From Vicugna vicugna (Eukaryota), in assembly GCA_013265495.1 (NCBI GenBank), contig MU061238.1:1-64000 (forward strand): 64,000 nucleotides of DNA, in the 5' to 3' direction. Position 1 is the first letter of the stretch. Every line of letters starts with the position of its first letter. Positions 62,461-64,000 of this stretch are shown in pieces. Under the pieces are notes generated by a model. The model saw only the letters and a list, made by a program, of their open reading frames with translations, was not told the origin of the DNA and made no database searches. Made by a program: the position numbers and the translations under genes.

Positions 62461-64000
62461 TATGTGTGAGTCCTTCCCTCCCCCCGCGGGCCCCCGTAGC
62501 GGCTTTGCTATCTGTGTGTGGCCAGGTGTGTGTAGAGGGACCTGTGTGTATGGTCAGATGTGTGTAGAGGGCAATTACCCTGGTAACTTGGCCAGAGCTC
62601 AGCTCTTTGCAGGACGCCTTACACAGGACCTAATCCCCCAGTGATAGATCAGTCCCAGTCGCAGCCTAATTGCGGGCTCCTTGCACCAGTCACATGTCCC
62701 AGTCGTGGCTTTTGTCCGGCCACGGTGGCTTTCTCAGAGCAGCCAGGCTGTGCCAGTTCAGCCCAGCTGGGAACTGAGCTCTGAAGCTCAATTCAGGTTC
62801 AGAACGGGAGCCGCCCTCCCACCAGGGTTTGTAGGACAAAGGGAGGGGGTTGTTTCCTTGAGAAAGGAGGAAACTTGGTCTGTTGAAATAACCTGAAAAT
62901 AGACTTGTTTTGACTCCCAGAGCTGTGTCAATAAAGAAACACCTGGATCCAGGCCAGTCACTGTAATCACAAGGGCTGCCCAGAACCTTTGGGTTTATTG
63001 GACATTTGTACCATTTCAAATATGCCTTGAAACAAAGGAGACACTTAGATATTGCTTGGAAATCTATTGTCAGAAAGAAACATATTACCCAGAAGATTTG
63101 TTCTGATCATACCAGTAATGCCAGATCAGGGAATACGTAAAACAGCCCAGCTCTGCCACTTACTGGCTGTGTGATCTTGGGCAAGTTATTGAACGTCCGT
63201 GGGCCTCAGTTTCCTCACCTGCAAATGGGTATGATAGCACCTTCTTCAGTATCAGTATTTGCTACAGGACTCTTATCACCGCTGTTACTACTACGTGTGG
63301 GCCCTTTCCTTGGAAAAATACTCCACATGAGTCATTTTTTTAACTCAGTTTTAGGGACTTTGGAGACCTCTCGGGTTCTATCTGTGGTCTCTGGAAGGGT
63401 CTGAGACCCAGAGAAACACAGTGACTGGTTGGCCAAGCAGCCTGGTTCTGGTTTGATTCTGTTGCTAAGTCTCTGTGTGGCCCTGGGTGCATTGCTTTCC
63501 GTCTCTGGGCACCTGCACCAGTTTGTTTGTTTGTTTCTTCACCCGTACAGGTAGAGTATCGAATTATATGTAGGTTTCTTTTCACTCTAAAGTTTTGTGT
63601 TTCTGCAAGATGAGCTGATCACTTGGCACCCCAGGGTGATTCTTTGCAGCCGAGGTTCGGGGGAGCTGCCCCACCTTTCTGTTCTGGGGTCCCCATCTGA
63701 GCCTTGAGGTGATCCAGGCATCCCCTGCTTGTCTGGTGACTTCACTTCTCTGTGCCTCGGATTCTTCATCCCTAACAGAGGGGTAGTGGTACTGATCTCT
63801 CAGCATAGGGCTGTCAAGAGGATTAAATTAAGTAACACATACCTGAAGCTTGAAGAGCGCCTGGCACACAGTAAACGTTAGCTGATGCCATGCTGGAGGT
63901 TGACACTGAGCCCACCGTAATAACATGGTCGACATCTAACCTTTATTAGAGCATTTTCTAGATCTGCATCTAGGCACAAGATGTCTTCCCATTTGGTGCT

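Noticed and set aside
1-64000. CRISPR array, operon, NUMT, processed pseudogene, OTUD3 exons, or a novel multi-gene system
   Set aside because: Eukaryotic repeat-rich DNA with no repeat-spacer array and no other recognisable coding homology; I cannot support such a claim from this sequence.

Overview
Mammalian genomic DNA, most likely camelid (alpaca/llama/camel), judged from a tRNA-Ala-derived SINE family and young L1 3' ends typical of that lineage. The gene order matches what I recall for human 1p36.13. There are two genes, both on the + strand. RNF186 is a complete single-exon RING/TM E3 ligase CDS (16469-17149, 226 aa) with a polyA signal at 17502. TMCO4 is represented by its 5' part: a CpG-island promoter at ~33.3-34.2 kb containing a 150-N gap, a non-coding first exon, candidate UTR exons, and four coding exons (46489-46658, 52527-52701, 53411-53438, 61807-61939; 506 nt in one frame); the gene continues past the window. 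The rest is mostly interspersed repeats (L1, L2, MIR, MLT1 and ERV LTRs, hAT and Tigger elements, SINEs), several with readable target-site duplications. I found no evidence for a new multi-gene system. The best leads are regulatory: a candidate TMCO4 UTR exon holding both an RFX X-box and uORFs, a rare GAG splice acceptor, an HNF1 site upstream of RNF186, a CTCF motif in MER20B, and a miR-1302-like MER53 palindrome split by a SINE. Gene and repeat family names come from recalled homology, not database searches; repeat boundaries are approximate unless a TSD is given.
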